DNA of 25,345 bases from an uncultured virus (IMG/VR IMGVR_UViG_3300014204_000149) (IMGVR_UViG_3300014204_000149:62001-87345); one strand, 5' to 3'; positions 9,013 to 16,887 are shown, counted from the first letter of the stretch. The notes: generated by a model not told the origin, from the letters alone. Made by a program: numbers and translations.

Positions 9013-9437
9013 TAAACTTTGTTAAGAAGGTATGGGGCAATGAAGAATGGTTAATTAATAATAATCAGTATTGCGCTAAATATCTTAACCTAAACAAAGG
9101 CTATGAGTGCTCTGTCCATTATCACGTTTTAAAAAATGAAACTTTTTATATTGTTGGTGGTGAAGTAGAATTATTTTATATTAATTTGGCTGTGCTGGAA
9201 AATAAAGACCTCTTCAAATTTCTGCCCTTAAATCAGAGTGAGGGCGAACTGACAATATTAGAGAATAGAATGACCAAAATACTTCTCTTACATGGTGAAC
9301 AGTTTAGGTTACAACCTTTTGTAGCACATAAGTTTAGAGCTCATACCGAATCAGCTAAAATTCTAGAGGTTAGTACTACACACTATGATACTGACAGTTA
9401 TCGTTTAACACAAGCTAGACAGATTCCAAAAGTTTAA
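9009..9437 (+). CDS. Cupin-fold sugar isomerase-like protein
   Basis: 'VKKVWGNEEWLINN.QYCAK.L', 'SVHYH..KNETFYI', 'HKF', 'LEVSTTH.DTDSYR': the cupin type often found beside sugar-nucleotide genes. Confidence 0.85.
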   Translation: MINFVKKVWGNEEWLINNNQYCAKYLNLNKGYECSVHYHVLKNETFYIVGGEVELFYINLAVLENKDLFKFLPLNQSEGELTILENRMTKILLLHGEQFRLQPFVAHKFRAHTESAKILEVSTTHYDTDSYRLTQARQIPKV

Positions 9438-9449
9438 CTGGAGGGGATA

Positions 9450-9719
9450 ATGTTACAACAAACTTCAATTGATGCCTATAATCATATGGTCGAAACTGGA
9501 AAAATTAATACCAGACAAAAACAAATTTTAGATATTTTAAAAGACAGCCATTGTCCGCTTACCAATGCAGATATTTCTTTCCAAACCCATCTTCCTATTA
9601 ATTGTGTAACACCCAGAGTTAAAGAATTACGAACTAATGGTTATGTAGTCCAAGCAGGAAAGACTATTGACCCCGTTACAGGCCGTAGAGCTAATACATG
9701 GAAGGTGAAAGATGCTTGA
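9450..9719 (+). CDS. Winged helix-turn-helix DNA-binding protein
   Basis: 'TSIDAY...RQKQILDIL....LTNADIS.QT.LPINCVTPRVKEL...G.V...G' wHTH pattern common in phages. Confidence 0.8.
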   Translation: MLQQTSIDAYNHMVETGKINTRQKQILDILKDSHCPLTNADISFQTHLPINCVTPRVKELRTNGYVVQAGKTIDPVTGRRANTWKVKDA

Positions 9720-9861
9720 GTTTGATGATTTTAATAGCCCTTCGGAAGTTGACCCCGTTGATGATAATGAGACTCGGGAAGAATATGAACCCGAATCTTG
9801 CAAAGGTTGCTTTAGATATTTAGTCTGTAAAATAAGTAAAAAAGTTCTTGACAAAGAATAG
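9712..9861 (+). CDS. Small acidic protein with CxxC-x4-C
   Basis: Read by hand: MLEFDDFNSPSEVDPVDDNETREEYEPESCKGCFRYLVCKISKKVLDKE; overlaps the upstream stop. Confidence 0.5.
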   Translation: MLEFDDFNSPSEVDPVDDNETREEYEPESCKGCFRYLVCKISKKVLDKE

Positions 9862-9876
9862 TTTTCATGTTATACT
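9848..9876 (+). promoter_or_regulatory. Consensus sigma70-type promoter with extended -10
   Basis: TTGACA (9848-9853), 17-nt spacer, TG-n-TATACT (9871-9876). Confidence 0.85.
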
Positions 9877-9883
9877 CTAGGAG

Positions 9884-10831
9884 ATGATTAAAATGGATTT
9901 CACTAAATTAAAAGTATTGGTTATAGGGGACGTAATGTTAGATGAGTATGTTGATGGGACTGTGACTAGAATTTCTCCTGAAGCCCCTGTACCTATTCTT
10001 AATAAACAAAACTCCTACTATCGTCTAGGCGGTGCAACGAATGTCGCAAAGAATGTTAAAGCTCTTGGAGCTAATGTTTGGTTAATAGGTCGTATTGGTA
10101 ATGATGTTCCAGGTGCGGTTATAAAGCATGAATTACAAGAAGCCGGAATAATCAGTGAGTTTTTAATGAAGGACTGTACATTACCCACAACAGTGAAGAC
10201 TAGATTTATGTCTGGTCAATATCCACTATTACGAGTTGATTCTGAAGATAAAAAATCTGTTGGGAATACACCTTTTGCAGAGGATTTACTTGCTAGTCTA
10301 GACCGACACATGCGATATTTTGATGTTATCATTATTTCAGATTATGAAAAAGGTGTTGTGTTTCCAGAGTTACTTAAAGAGATAAGTTTATTACAATCAG
10401 ACTTAAAAAAGATTGTTACAGCAGATACACATAAAACAGACATGAGTTTATTTAAAAACTTTACATCGCTTAAACCGAATCAAATTGAATTATCTAGAAT
10501 TGTTAAACAGCCAGTAGAAAATTGGAAAGACGCAGAAAGATTTGTTGAGTTCTTAATTGATACTTATGGCTTTGACAATTTACTTGTAACACTTGGTGCA
10601 GATGGTCTGTACTATGGTTCTAGGACTGAAAAGGGTTATCTTCCGGCAGAGAAGCGAGATATTATTGATGTTACAGGAGCCGGAGATACAGTCATTGCGG
10701 TCTATTCAGTGGCTTTGGCTGCTGGGTACACTATCAGAGAAGCTGCAAAATTGGCCAATAAAGCAGCCGGAATTGTGGTTTCTAAATTAGGAACAGCTAC
10801 AATATCTATAGAGGAACTTTTAAATGGATAA
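9884..10831 (+). CDS. rfaE1: D-glycero-D-manno-heptose-7-phosphate kinase (HldE/RfaE domain I, PfkB family), stand-alone
   Basis: 'VLVIGDVMLDEY..G.V.RISPEAPVP', 'LGGA.NVA.N', 'TTVKTRF', 'IISDYEKG', 'DVTGAGDTVIA', 'AN.AAGIVVSKLGTATI'. Confidence 0.92.
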   Translation: MIKMDFTKLKVLVIGDVMLDEYVDGTVTRISPEAPVPILNKQNSYYRLGGATNVAKNVKALGANVWLIGRIGNDVPGAVIKHELQEAGIISEFLMKDCTLPTTVKTRFMSGQYPLLRVDSEDKKSVGNTPFAEDLLASLDRHMRYFDVIIISDYEKGVVFPELLKEISLLQSDLKKIVTADTHKTDMSLFKNFTSLKPNQIELSRIVKQPVENWKDAERFVEFLIDTYGFDNLLVTLGADGLYYGSRTEKGYLPAEKRDIIDVTGAGDTVIAVYSVALAAGYTIREAAKLANKAAGIVVSKLGTATISIEELLNG

Positions 10832-11069
10832 TTTTCAGATTATTTCTGAAGGTTTTATCTTTATTGATAGTGAAGGGAAAAAATCTTTAACAGCAGACGG
10901 CGTAGAAGACCTTGCGGATTTAGGCTATTTTGTTTCAATTTACTATAACAAAAAAGCTGTTGTTGCATCTTGTCCCGTTAGTCTTCCCTCTTATTTTGAT
11001 AATGAGGGTGCTGTAAAAATCAGGGCTAGAGAAATTTGTTTACAGAAATTAAAGAAAGGCTTAAAATGA
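10824..11069 (+). CDS. Hypothetical protein
   Basis: 81-aa ORF overlapping the kinase stop; GAGGA SD. Confidence 0.6.
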   Translation: MDNFQIISEGFIFIDSEGKKSLTADGVEDLADLGYFVSIYYNKKAVVASCPVSLPSYFDNEGAVKIRAREICLQKLKKGLK

Positions 11070-11168
11070 TTATACAATGGAAAGACAGACAGGGTTATCC
11101 TATAGAAGGCTATATAAATAATCCTTTACGTTCATTTATCAGATTAGTATGTCAATTTATTAGAGGTA

Positions 11169-11363
11169 ATGCCTTACTCACTATCGGAATTGATAAAAAG
11201 AAAGTTTAATATGAAAAAATCCGAAGTTATTATCACCCTTAATGGTAAACTGCTCCTTTTAAAAGAGGGAGATGAGTTAAATATTGAACAAGACAAAGAC
11301 TATATTAAAATATCTCAAATAAGGGATGGCGAAGTTATTCGAGAGGTTAATTCACTGGTATGA
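11169..11363 (+). CDS. Hypothetical protein (start may be 11211)
   Basis: ORF track; co-directional packing. Confidence 0.5.
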   Translation: MPYSLSELIKRKFNMKKSEVIITLNGKLLLLKEGDELNIEQDKDYIKISQIRDGEVIREVNSLV

Positions 11364-11500
11364 AAAATCTAGGCTTTACCCTTCTAGTCTTATGTACTAT
11401 CGGCCTCTTTATCTGGGGCTGTTTTGCATTTACACAAGTTCTTATCTCAAGCGTTTACACCATATCGGAATATCTAAATGGCTTCCAAATATATCAATAA
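11360..11500 (+). CDS. Small membrane protein
   Basis: Read by hand: MKNLGFTLLVLCTIGLFIWGCFAFTQVLISSVYTISEYLNGFQIYQ; ATGA overlap with the previous ORF. Confidence 0.45.
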   Translation: MKNLGFTLLVLCTIGLFIWGCFAFTQVLISSVYTISEYLNGFQIYQ

Positions 11501-11765
11501 AAAAAACATCTCTATTATTCGGGATGAGTTTTACTACTTAAATTCAAAGGGTAAACAAGATAAAGTTAAACCCAAAACTGTTCTCGGCGGTTTTTATTAT
11601 TTATGGGTCGTCTATGAACAAATCACCTACAGACAATCTACTTTTGTTAAGCCGGAATATATAAGCTTAGACACATTTGATTTAATGGTTCTTAAACAAA
11701 CATTAAGAGACAAGGCATTGGCAAATATTCTAAGTCAGATTAATAAAAGAGGAAAACATGATTAA
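11478..11765 (+). CDS. Hypothetical protein
   Basis: 95-aa ORF whose end overlaps the next start. Confidence 0.55.
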   Translation: MASKYINKKNISIIRDEFYYLNSKGKQDKVKPKTVLGGFYYLWVVYEQITYRQSTFVKPEYISLDTFDLMVLKQTLRDKALANILSQINKRGKHD

Positions 11766-12351
11766 CCCCATCCCACCTACTGCAGAGATTATTAAAACAG
11801 CGGTCTTGTCCTACTATCGTTTTAAACGTCAATATCTCTGTGCTGATGAGGTTCATGTTTTCGAAACAGACGAAATCTGTGATGTATTGGCAGATTCCAA
11901 TAAAGCTTTTTTTGAAGTTGAGATAAAATTGACTAAAACTGATTTATGGCAAGGAGAAGCAAAAAAGAAAAAACATGAAGTCTATAAAAAATTAGACTTA
12001 TCAAAATACAAATTGCCTCCACCCTCTATAGATATGGCTAATATTACAGAAATCGTTGTTGACCTTTATGCTCCAAAGAATCTGCCTAATTATTTTCTAC
12101 TCTGTGTTCCCCCAGCCTTAAAAGAAGAGGCAGAGAAATGGATAGCACAAACTAATACTAAATATGGATTATTAATATTTAATGATTATCCATTTAAGTA
12201 TTTAGCCGAGTCTATTTGGACAGTTAAAAGTCCCAAAAAATTACATGAAGACTATTCGCCATCGCTAAAAAAAGCCCTTGCCAAAAGGTTATGCTCTGCT
12301 TATATTACCCATAGGCAGATTCAGTTACGCAAAACCTATGAAGCAAAATAA
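11758..12351 (+). CDS. PD-(D/E)XK nuclease-like protein (MmcB-like)
   Basis: 'ADEV......CDVL......FEVEIKLTKTDL...KKKH...PNYF.LCVP.......YGLL' fits the D...ExK catalytic layout of this family. Confidence 0.75.
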   Translation: MINPIPPTAEIIKTAVLSYYRFKRQYLCADEVHVFETDEICDVLADSNKAFFEVEIKLTKTDLWQGEAKKKKHEVYKKLDLSKYKLPPPSIDMANITEIVVDLYAPKNLPNYFLLCVPPALKEEAEKWIAQTNTKYGLLIFNDYPFKYLAESIWTVKSPKKLHEDYSPSLKKALAKRLCSAYITHRQIQLRKTYEAK

Positions 12352-13489
12352 ACTTTTCTATATTTATCTTCTAAGTGCTATTACCTATTTTCTCCAAGGT
12401 ATTAGCAGTCTTCCTTCACAAGCCCTCTTTGTTTACTTTAAAAACACCTTAGGATTAACCCCATCGCAAATAATGTATTTTGGGGCCTTAATCTCCCTAT
12501 CCTGGATTATTAAACCCATCTTTGGCTATTTTATTGATGTATTAAGAATTAAAAAACGTACCTGGATTCTGGGTTCTATTTGTTTAGACTTAGTTTTAGC
12601 TTTTACTCTAGGGGTTTATGCTTTTCCAATTACCTTTTTAGCTATTCTTTTATTCTTATGGAATACAGCTGATGCTACTCGAGATGTTGCGGTGGATGGA
12701 GTAATGTGCGTTGAAGGAAAGAAATTTAAAACTACAGGAGCAATTCAAGCTATACAATGGATTTCTATTACTATTGCTAGCGTATTTGTTGGTGTTATTG
12801 GCGGTGAGATAGCACAAAGAATCGGCTATCGTTTTGGTTATTTACTCTTAATGATTCCTTTAATTGTAGCCTTATTTATAACGAGCAGGGTTAAAGAATC
12901 TAAGAATACTACAAAAATACATTGGACAGATTTTACTAAAATTATTCTCAATAAAAAGTTTATCTTTATTTGTTTATTTATTTTTCTTTATAAATATAGC
13001 CCCTCTTTTGGTACACCTCTAGCTTTTATCATGCGGGATTCTTTTCATTGGTCAGAGAGATTCATTGGTTGGTTAGGAGCCGGAGTATCTTGTATGGAGA
13101 TTCTGGGAGCCTTTCTTTATTTTAAATTCTCAAATAAGATAAATTTACAACGATGGCTTTATTATTCAGTCTTTCTTGGGGCCTTTACGACACTATGTTA
13201 TTTACACTACACATCAGTCACAGCTATTGTTTATAGTGTAATTTTTGCCGTGATAGGAATGTTTATTCATTTAATGGTCATGGATTACATGGCAAGAACC
13301 TCTGTAAAGGGCCTAGAGACAACAAGTTTTGCTATTCTATGCGGAATTAGCAATTTAGCAGCAACAGCTTCTAGCCTTAGCGGAGCCTGGCTACTGCCTT
13401 TAGTAGGTCTTGTCCCCTTAATTATACTGAGTGCAACTACCTCATTTTTATGTTTACCACTAATTAGACACATTAAAATAAAAACTTGA
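12338..13489 (+). CDS. MFS transporter, BT1 (folate-biopterin transporter) type
   Basis: About 12 hydrophobic segments; 'YFLQG', 'LSWIIKPIFGYFID', 'DVAVDG'. Start placed at ATG 12338, overlapping the nuclease end, rather than TTG 12278. Confidence 0.85.
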   Translation: MKQNKLFYIYLLSAITYFLQGISSLPSQALFVYFKNTLGLTPSQIMYFGALISLSWIIKPIFGYFIDVLRIKKRTWILGSICLDLVLAFTLGVYAFPITFLAILLFLWNTADATRDVAVDGVMCVEGKKFKTTGAIQAIQWISITIASVFVGVIGGEIAQRIGYRFGYLLLMIPLIVALFITSRVKESKNTTKIHWTDFTKIILNKKFIFICLFIFLYKYSPSFGTPLAFIMRDSFHWSERFIGWLGAGVSCMEILGAFLYFKFSNKINLQRWLYYSVFLGAFTTLCYLHYTSVTAIVYSVIFAVIGMFIHLMVMDYMARTSVKGLETTSFAILCGISNLAATASSLSGAWLLPLVGLVPLIILSATTSFLCLPLIRHIKIKT

Positions 13490-13514
13490 CAAAGTAAACT
13501 TTTTATGGTATACT
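13486..13514 (+). promoter_or_regulatory. Consensus sigma70-type promoter with extended -10
   Basis: TTGACA (13486-13491), 17-nt spacer, TG-n-TATACT (13509-13514). Confidence 0.85.
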
Positions 13515-13542
13515 TTAGGTATGTGATATAAAAATTGATAGA

Positions 13543-13618
13543 GAGTCTATGGTGTAAAGGCACTGCCCGCTTGAGGGAGGTTCCGTAAGAACAAAATTCT
13601 ATAAGTCGGATAGACTCG
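13543..13618 (+). ncRNA. tRNA-like RNA 3 (degenerate cloverleaf)
   Basis: Closing stem GAGTCTA/TAGACTC, TG, D-like GTGT-AAAG-GCAC, CCC-GCTTGA-GGG, AGGT, TCCG...CGGA enclosing AGAA-CAAAA-TTCT; GC-rich island just downstream of a promoter. Confidence 0.55.
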
Positions 13619-13639
13619 CCCGAATAATAAAGGAGAAAA

Positions 13640-13873
13640 ATGAATAAAATAAATTGGCACTTTTTTTGGCTGGACTTTTGGGGAACGGGTATTGTTCGTA
13701 AATGTCTTGTTGCAATTGCTCACTTTCATAGAAACTTGGCTCTATGGTGGTATAAGAAAGCCGGACTATGCAATAGATGTGGTTATGATTGTGGATTCGA
13801 TTCGACTATCTCTAGACATGGTTTTTTATGCAATAATTGTCACGAGTTTGTTGTTAAGGTGCATGGAGTTTAA
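13640..13873 (+). CDS. Small Zn-finger protein (CxxC...CxxC)
   Basis: 'CNRCG...LCNNC'; AAAGGAG SD. Confidence 0.65.
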   Translation: MNKINWHFFWLDFWGTGIVRKCLVAIAHFHRNLALWWYKKAGLCNRCGYDCGFDSTISRHGFLCNNCHEFVVKVHGV

Positions 13874-13908
13874 CCACACAAAAGCTTAAAGTATAAAAGG
13901 AGAAAACA

Positions 13909-14046
13909 ATGGCTCAAGATGGAAAATTTCAACACGATAAGAAGTGTCCTAAATGTCGTAAGCACAAAGTTTATATTGTTGTAATTGATAACGATGGAAA
14001 GGTAACTTATTCCTGTACTGCTTGTGGTTATACTTGGACAGCCTAA
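13909..14046 (+). CDS. Small zinc-ribbon protein (TFIIS/Rpb9 C-ribbon-like)
   Basis: Read by hand: MAQDGKFQHDKKCPKCRKHKVYIVVIDNDGKVTYSCTACGYTWTA; AAAGGAG SD. Confidence 0.7.
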   Translation: MAQDGKFQHDKKCPKCRKHKVYIVVIDNDGKVTYSCTACGYTWTA

Positions 14047-14062
14047 CTAGTTTGGAGTCTTC

Positions 14063-14335
14063 ATGCAATACCTATGGGAAATGACCATAAATGATTTTTT
14101 AAACATTTGTGATTTAGCCAAAGCGCATGGAAAACAGCCTGGCGAAAACATGGAAGATGAATTATTGGAATATATGAAAGCTAAGGGTCAAAAACCATCG
14201 TGTGCCACTGAGTTAACCAAATCTGAGTTATTACAGGAATATAAGTCGCAGGGAAAAAGTATTCTTTATGGTTCTATCAGCAAAGCCGGAGAACTTAACG
14301 TAAAGATAGAAAAGGGAGAAAAGACAGATGAGTGA
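14063..14335 (+). CDS. Hypothetical protein
   Basis: 90-aa ORF, GGAG SD. Confidence 0.65.
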   Translation: MQYLWEMTINDFLNICDLAKAHGKQPGENMEDELLEYMKAKGQKPSCATELTKSELLQEYKSQGKSILYGSISKAGELNVKIEKGEKTDE

Positions 14336-14558
14336 TTTTGAATTAATGAGTAGCCCTAGAGAGTGGAATGATATTCTCGATAATGCAGACCGTGCTACTC
14401 TGCTATGTTTACACTTTATCGGTGGCGTTAAAAAACCATTTAATATTCCAGAGCCTCTCTATAATAAATGTCTAGAAGCTTTTGAAAATAATAGAGGACA
14501 CTTTGAATCAGAACATTTTGCTATTTATAAAATTTTAGAGGATTCTTCTAAGCTATGA
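14328..14558 (+). CDS. Hypothetical protein
   Basis: 76-aa ORF, GGGAG SD, overlaps the previous stop. Confidence 0.6.
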   Translation: MSDFELMSSPREWNDILDNADRATLLCLHFIGGVKKPFNIPEPLYNKCLEAFENNRGHFESEHFAIYKILEDSSKL

Positions 14559-14657
14559 TTCTCCATACCGAACTCTATCCATATTTAGGTATTGCTTGTT
14601 TTTTATTCTTTCTATGGCTTCTTTGTGATTATTTCAATCATTTAAAGTAGAGGTTTT

Positions 14658-14834
14658 ATGAAATTCCATATCTTTTCTTCAATAGATAATATGATGGCAA
14701 ATATTGTAGCGGAAAGTGCTAAAGGGGTTTGGCAAAGTATAGAAGAAGAACGTAATCCATTTAAACGATGTGAACAACGTAAAATGTACATGTTAGCGTT
14801 GCATAAATTAAACAGGAGTAAGAACCATGAATAA
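14658..14834 (+). CDS. Hypothetical protein
   Basis: Read by hand: MKFHIFSSIDNMMANIVAESAKGVWQSIEEERNPFKRC...; GAGG SD. Confidence 0.5.
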   Translation: MKFHIFSSIDNMMANIVAESAKGVWQSIEEERNPFKRCEQRKMYMLALHKLNRSKNHE

Positions 14835-15024
14835 TAATTGTATGCCAACACATCTTAGAGATTGTCCCCATTGTAAACAAAAAGATAGTCTTGCCTATTA
14901 CAGAGAAAATGGAAACCTTGTTGATTTGTATTACTGTCAAAAATGTTTTGGAATTGTTGAATGGGTTGACTCAACTAAAACACCTATTAGTGGTGAAGCT
15001 TTTCCAAATAGAAAGAAAAATTAA
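14827..15024 (+). CDS. Small zinc-ribbon protein
   Basis: 'CPHC...YYCQKC'; AGGAG SD. Confidence 0.65.
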   Translation: MNNNCMPTHLRDCPHCKQKDSLAYYRENGNLVDLYYCQKCFGIVEWVDSTKTPISGEAFPNRKKN

Positions 15025-15099
15025 AAAGGTTTTTTATTGGCTTTAACTGTTTCTATCATTGTTAAAGAAAACACAGTAAAACTTTAATAGGAGATTTTA

Positions 15100-15246
15100 A
15101 TGAATTATTGTATTGACTGTGATATAGCATACACGGAAAGAAGCTGTCCTTTATGCGATGCGAAAGCTGAAATTAAAACTTTAGAGAAAACAATAGAAAA
15201 CCTGAATCAATTGAATGAGAGATTACGAGATGAAAAACAAACGTAA
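15100..15246 (+). CDS. Small Zn-finger plus coiled-coil protein
   Basis: Read by hand: MNYCIDCDIAYTERSCPLCDAKAEIKTLEKTIENLNQLNERLRDEKQT; AGGAG SD. Confidence 0.65.
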   Translation: MNYCIDCDIAYTERSCPLCDAKAEIKTLEKTIENLNQLNERLRDEKQT

Positions 15247-15370
15247 AACTATTACTTGGGCCGAGTACAAAAAGATAATGGATGAAATCATTTCCAGTAA
15301 GTCACTCTCTGTAGCCGATACCTTTATAAAAATGTTAGAGACTGCTGCATACTATAAAATTAAGGGCTGA
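15230..15370 (+). CDS. Hypothetical protein
   Basis: Read by hand: MKNKRKTITWAEYKKIMDEIISSKSLSVADTFIKMLETAAYYKIKG; fills the gap before the phosphoesterase. Confidence 0.5.
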   Translation: MKNKRKTITWAEYKKIMDEIISSKSLSVADTFIKMLETAAYYKIKG

Positions 15371-15371
15371 T

Positions 15372-16034
15372 ATGAATATTTATGTAATTGCAGATACCCA
15401 CTTCTTTCACGACAATATCATTGATTACTGTAAAAGACCCTTTAAAGACAGTACTCAAATGAATAAAACTCTTATCACTAATTGGAATAGCACAGTTCAA
15501 AAAGAAGATTTAGTTATCGTTTTAGGTGATATTGCGTTTTCAAGAAGTGCTCCTCAATTAGCAGAGATTTTAAAAAGCCTGAATGGTACAAAGGTATTGG
15601 TAAGAGGAAATCACGATAAGCGTAGTCGTCATTGGTATTTAACTAATGGGTTTGTTTTTGTGTGCGATAGTTTTACATTTAACGATATTATTTTTACCCA
15701 TAAACCTGTTAGTTTAGATATTTTGGTAAAGTTTACTCTTAATATTCACGGACATATTCACGAAAAAACAATGAAAGATAGACGCTATGTTAATGTAGGG
15801 GCTGAGCAAGTTAAATATACGCCAATTCTTTTACAAAAGGTTATTGATAATGCCACGAAGATTGTTAACGAAGTTGTTATAACACCTCAAACATCAGAAT
15901 GTCCTCCTAACTTTATCTGCATACATTGTGGAATGGACACGAGACAAAGAAATCCTAGTGGATATTGCGACCACTTATACTATCCAGAAACATGTCAAAT
16001 CTGTCAAGATATTTTAAAGCAAAGAATTAAATGA
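15372..16034 (+). CDS. Calcineurin-like metallophosphoesterase with C-terminal Cys/His-rich extension
   Basis: All five motifs present: 'ADTHF', 'LGDI', 'RGNHD', 'FTH', 'HGHIH'. Confidence 0.9.
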   Translation: MNIYVIADTHFFHDNIIDYCKRPFKDSTQMNKTLITNWNSTVQKEDLVIVLGDIAFSRSAPQLAEILKSLNGTKVLVRGNHDKRSRHWYLTNGFVFVCDSFTFNDIIFTHKPVSLDILVKFTLNIHGHIHEKTMKDRRYVNVGAEQVKYTPILLQKVIDNATKIVNEVVITPQTSECPPNFICIHCGMDTRQRNPSGYCDHLYYPETCQICQDILKQRIK

Positions 16035-16267
16035 AAGGAAGTATTATGTCAGAACTAAATTTTGTAAGTCTTAACACAGATAAAAATGCAGCACCTTTTT
16101 ACTCAGTCTCTTCTGTTGAAAATAGAGTTATCAAGGGCCACATTAGATGGAATAAAAGTATGAAAGCAATGGCTTTTATTGCCGACCCTCATATATTTTT
16201 TTCAGCTCAAGAATTACTAGAGGTTTCTAATTTTATAGTAAGTCTGAACGAGAAAGCAAAAACATAA
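16031..16267 (+). CDS. Small hypothetical protein, paralog family A
   Basis: 'YSVSS.....KGHIRW.....AF....FF....L.EV..FI..L' pattern shared with 17310 and 17551. Confidence 0.65.
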   Translation: MKGSIMSELNFVSLNTDKNAAPFYSVSSVENRVIKGHIRWNKSMKAMAFIADPHIFFSAQELLEVSNFIVSLNEKAKT

Positions 16268-16422
16268 TGATAACTGTATCTCTCAAAACTCTACTAATAA
16301 TCTTGACTGTAGTATTGTGTTTATTGGCCTACTCAGAAGACGGTAAAGAGGGTGGTTTTATGGCCTTGATGATTGCTTGTGTTGCTTGGGCGGTATTAAT
16401 TATTACTAGAATCGGGATATAA
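16267..16422 (+). CDS. Small two-TM membrane protein
   Basis: Read by hand: MITVSLKTLLIILTVVLCLLAYSEDGKEGGFMALMIACVAWAVLIITRIGI; TAATG coupling. Confidence 0.55.
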   Translation: MITVSLKTLLIILTVVLCLLAYSEDGKEGGFMALMIACVAWAVLIITRIGI

Positions 16423-16427
16423 ATATT

Positions 16428-16601
16428 ATGACATACATAGAATACTACTACCACAAAAAACAAATAGAGGCTTTTGAGAGAGGTCAGATTAGTATTTTAC
16501 CATTAAATCCTTTTCTTTTTTTAGACGACATTAATTATTCACAGTATACTCAAAGAGGCGCATCTCAAAAAATTATAGGAGAAGTACATGAAAAAGAATA
16601 A
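16428..16601 (+). CDS. Hypothetical protein
   Basis: Read by hand: MTYIEYYYHKKQIEAFERGQISILPLNPFLFLDD...; fills the gap. Confidence 0.4.
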   Translation: MTYIEYYYHKKQIEAFERGQISILPLNPFLFLDDINYSQYTQRGASQKIIGEVHEKE

Positions 16602-16887
16602 ACCTGAAGAAAGTTTAGCCCTTAAATGGGGAACACTAAAAGAATGTAAATTTTACAGTCCGAAAGCGAAAAAACTTTTAAAAGAATACCAAGACATCGG
16701 CTTTTCTTGTTCAGCTATAACACAGACTGATACTCCAAGACAAAAAGAAATTATATGCAAACTCATTGATGTTGGAAATTTTAAAAAGGTCTATTTAGAG
16801 TGGGATGGTGTTTATGTTGAAAAAGAAAAAGCAAAAAGATACATTTTAGAGTATGGAAAGCAGGAATGGCAAAATGAAACACTTTAG
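16588..16887 (+). CDS. Hypothetical phage protein
   Basis: 99-aa ORF ('LALKWGTLK...'), AGGAG SD. Confidence 0.7.
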   Translation: MKKNKPEESLALKWGTLKECKFYSPKAKKLLKEYQDIGFSCSAITQTDTPRQKEIICKLIDVGNFKKVYLEWDGVYVEKEKAKRYILEYGKQEWQNETL

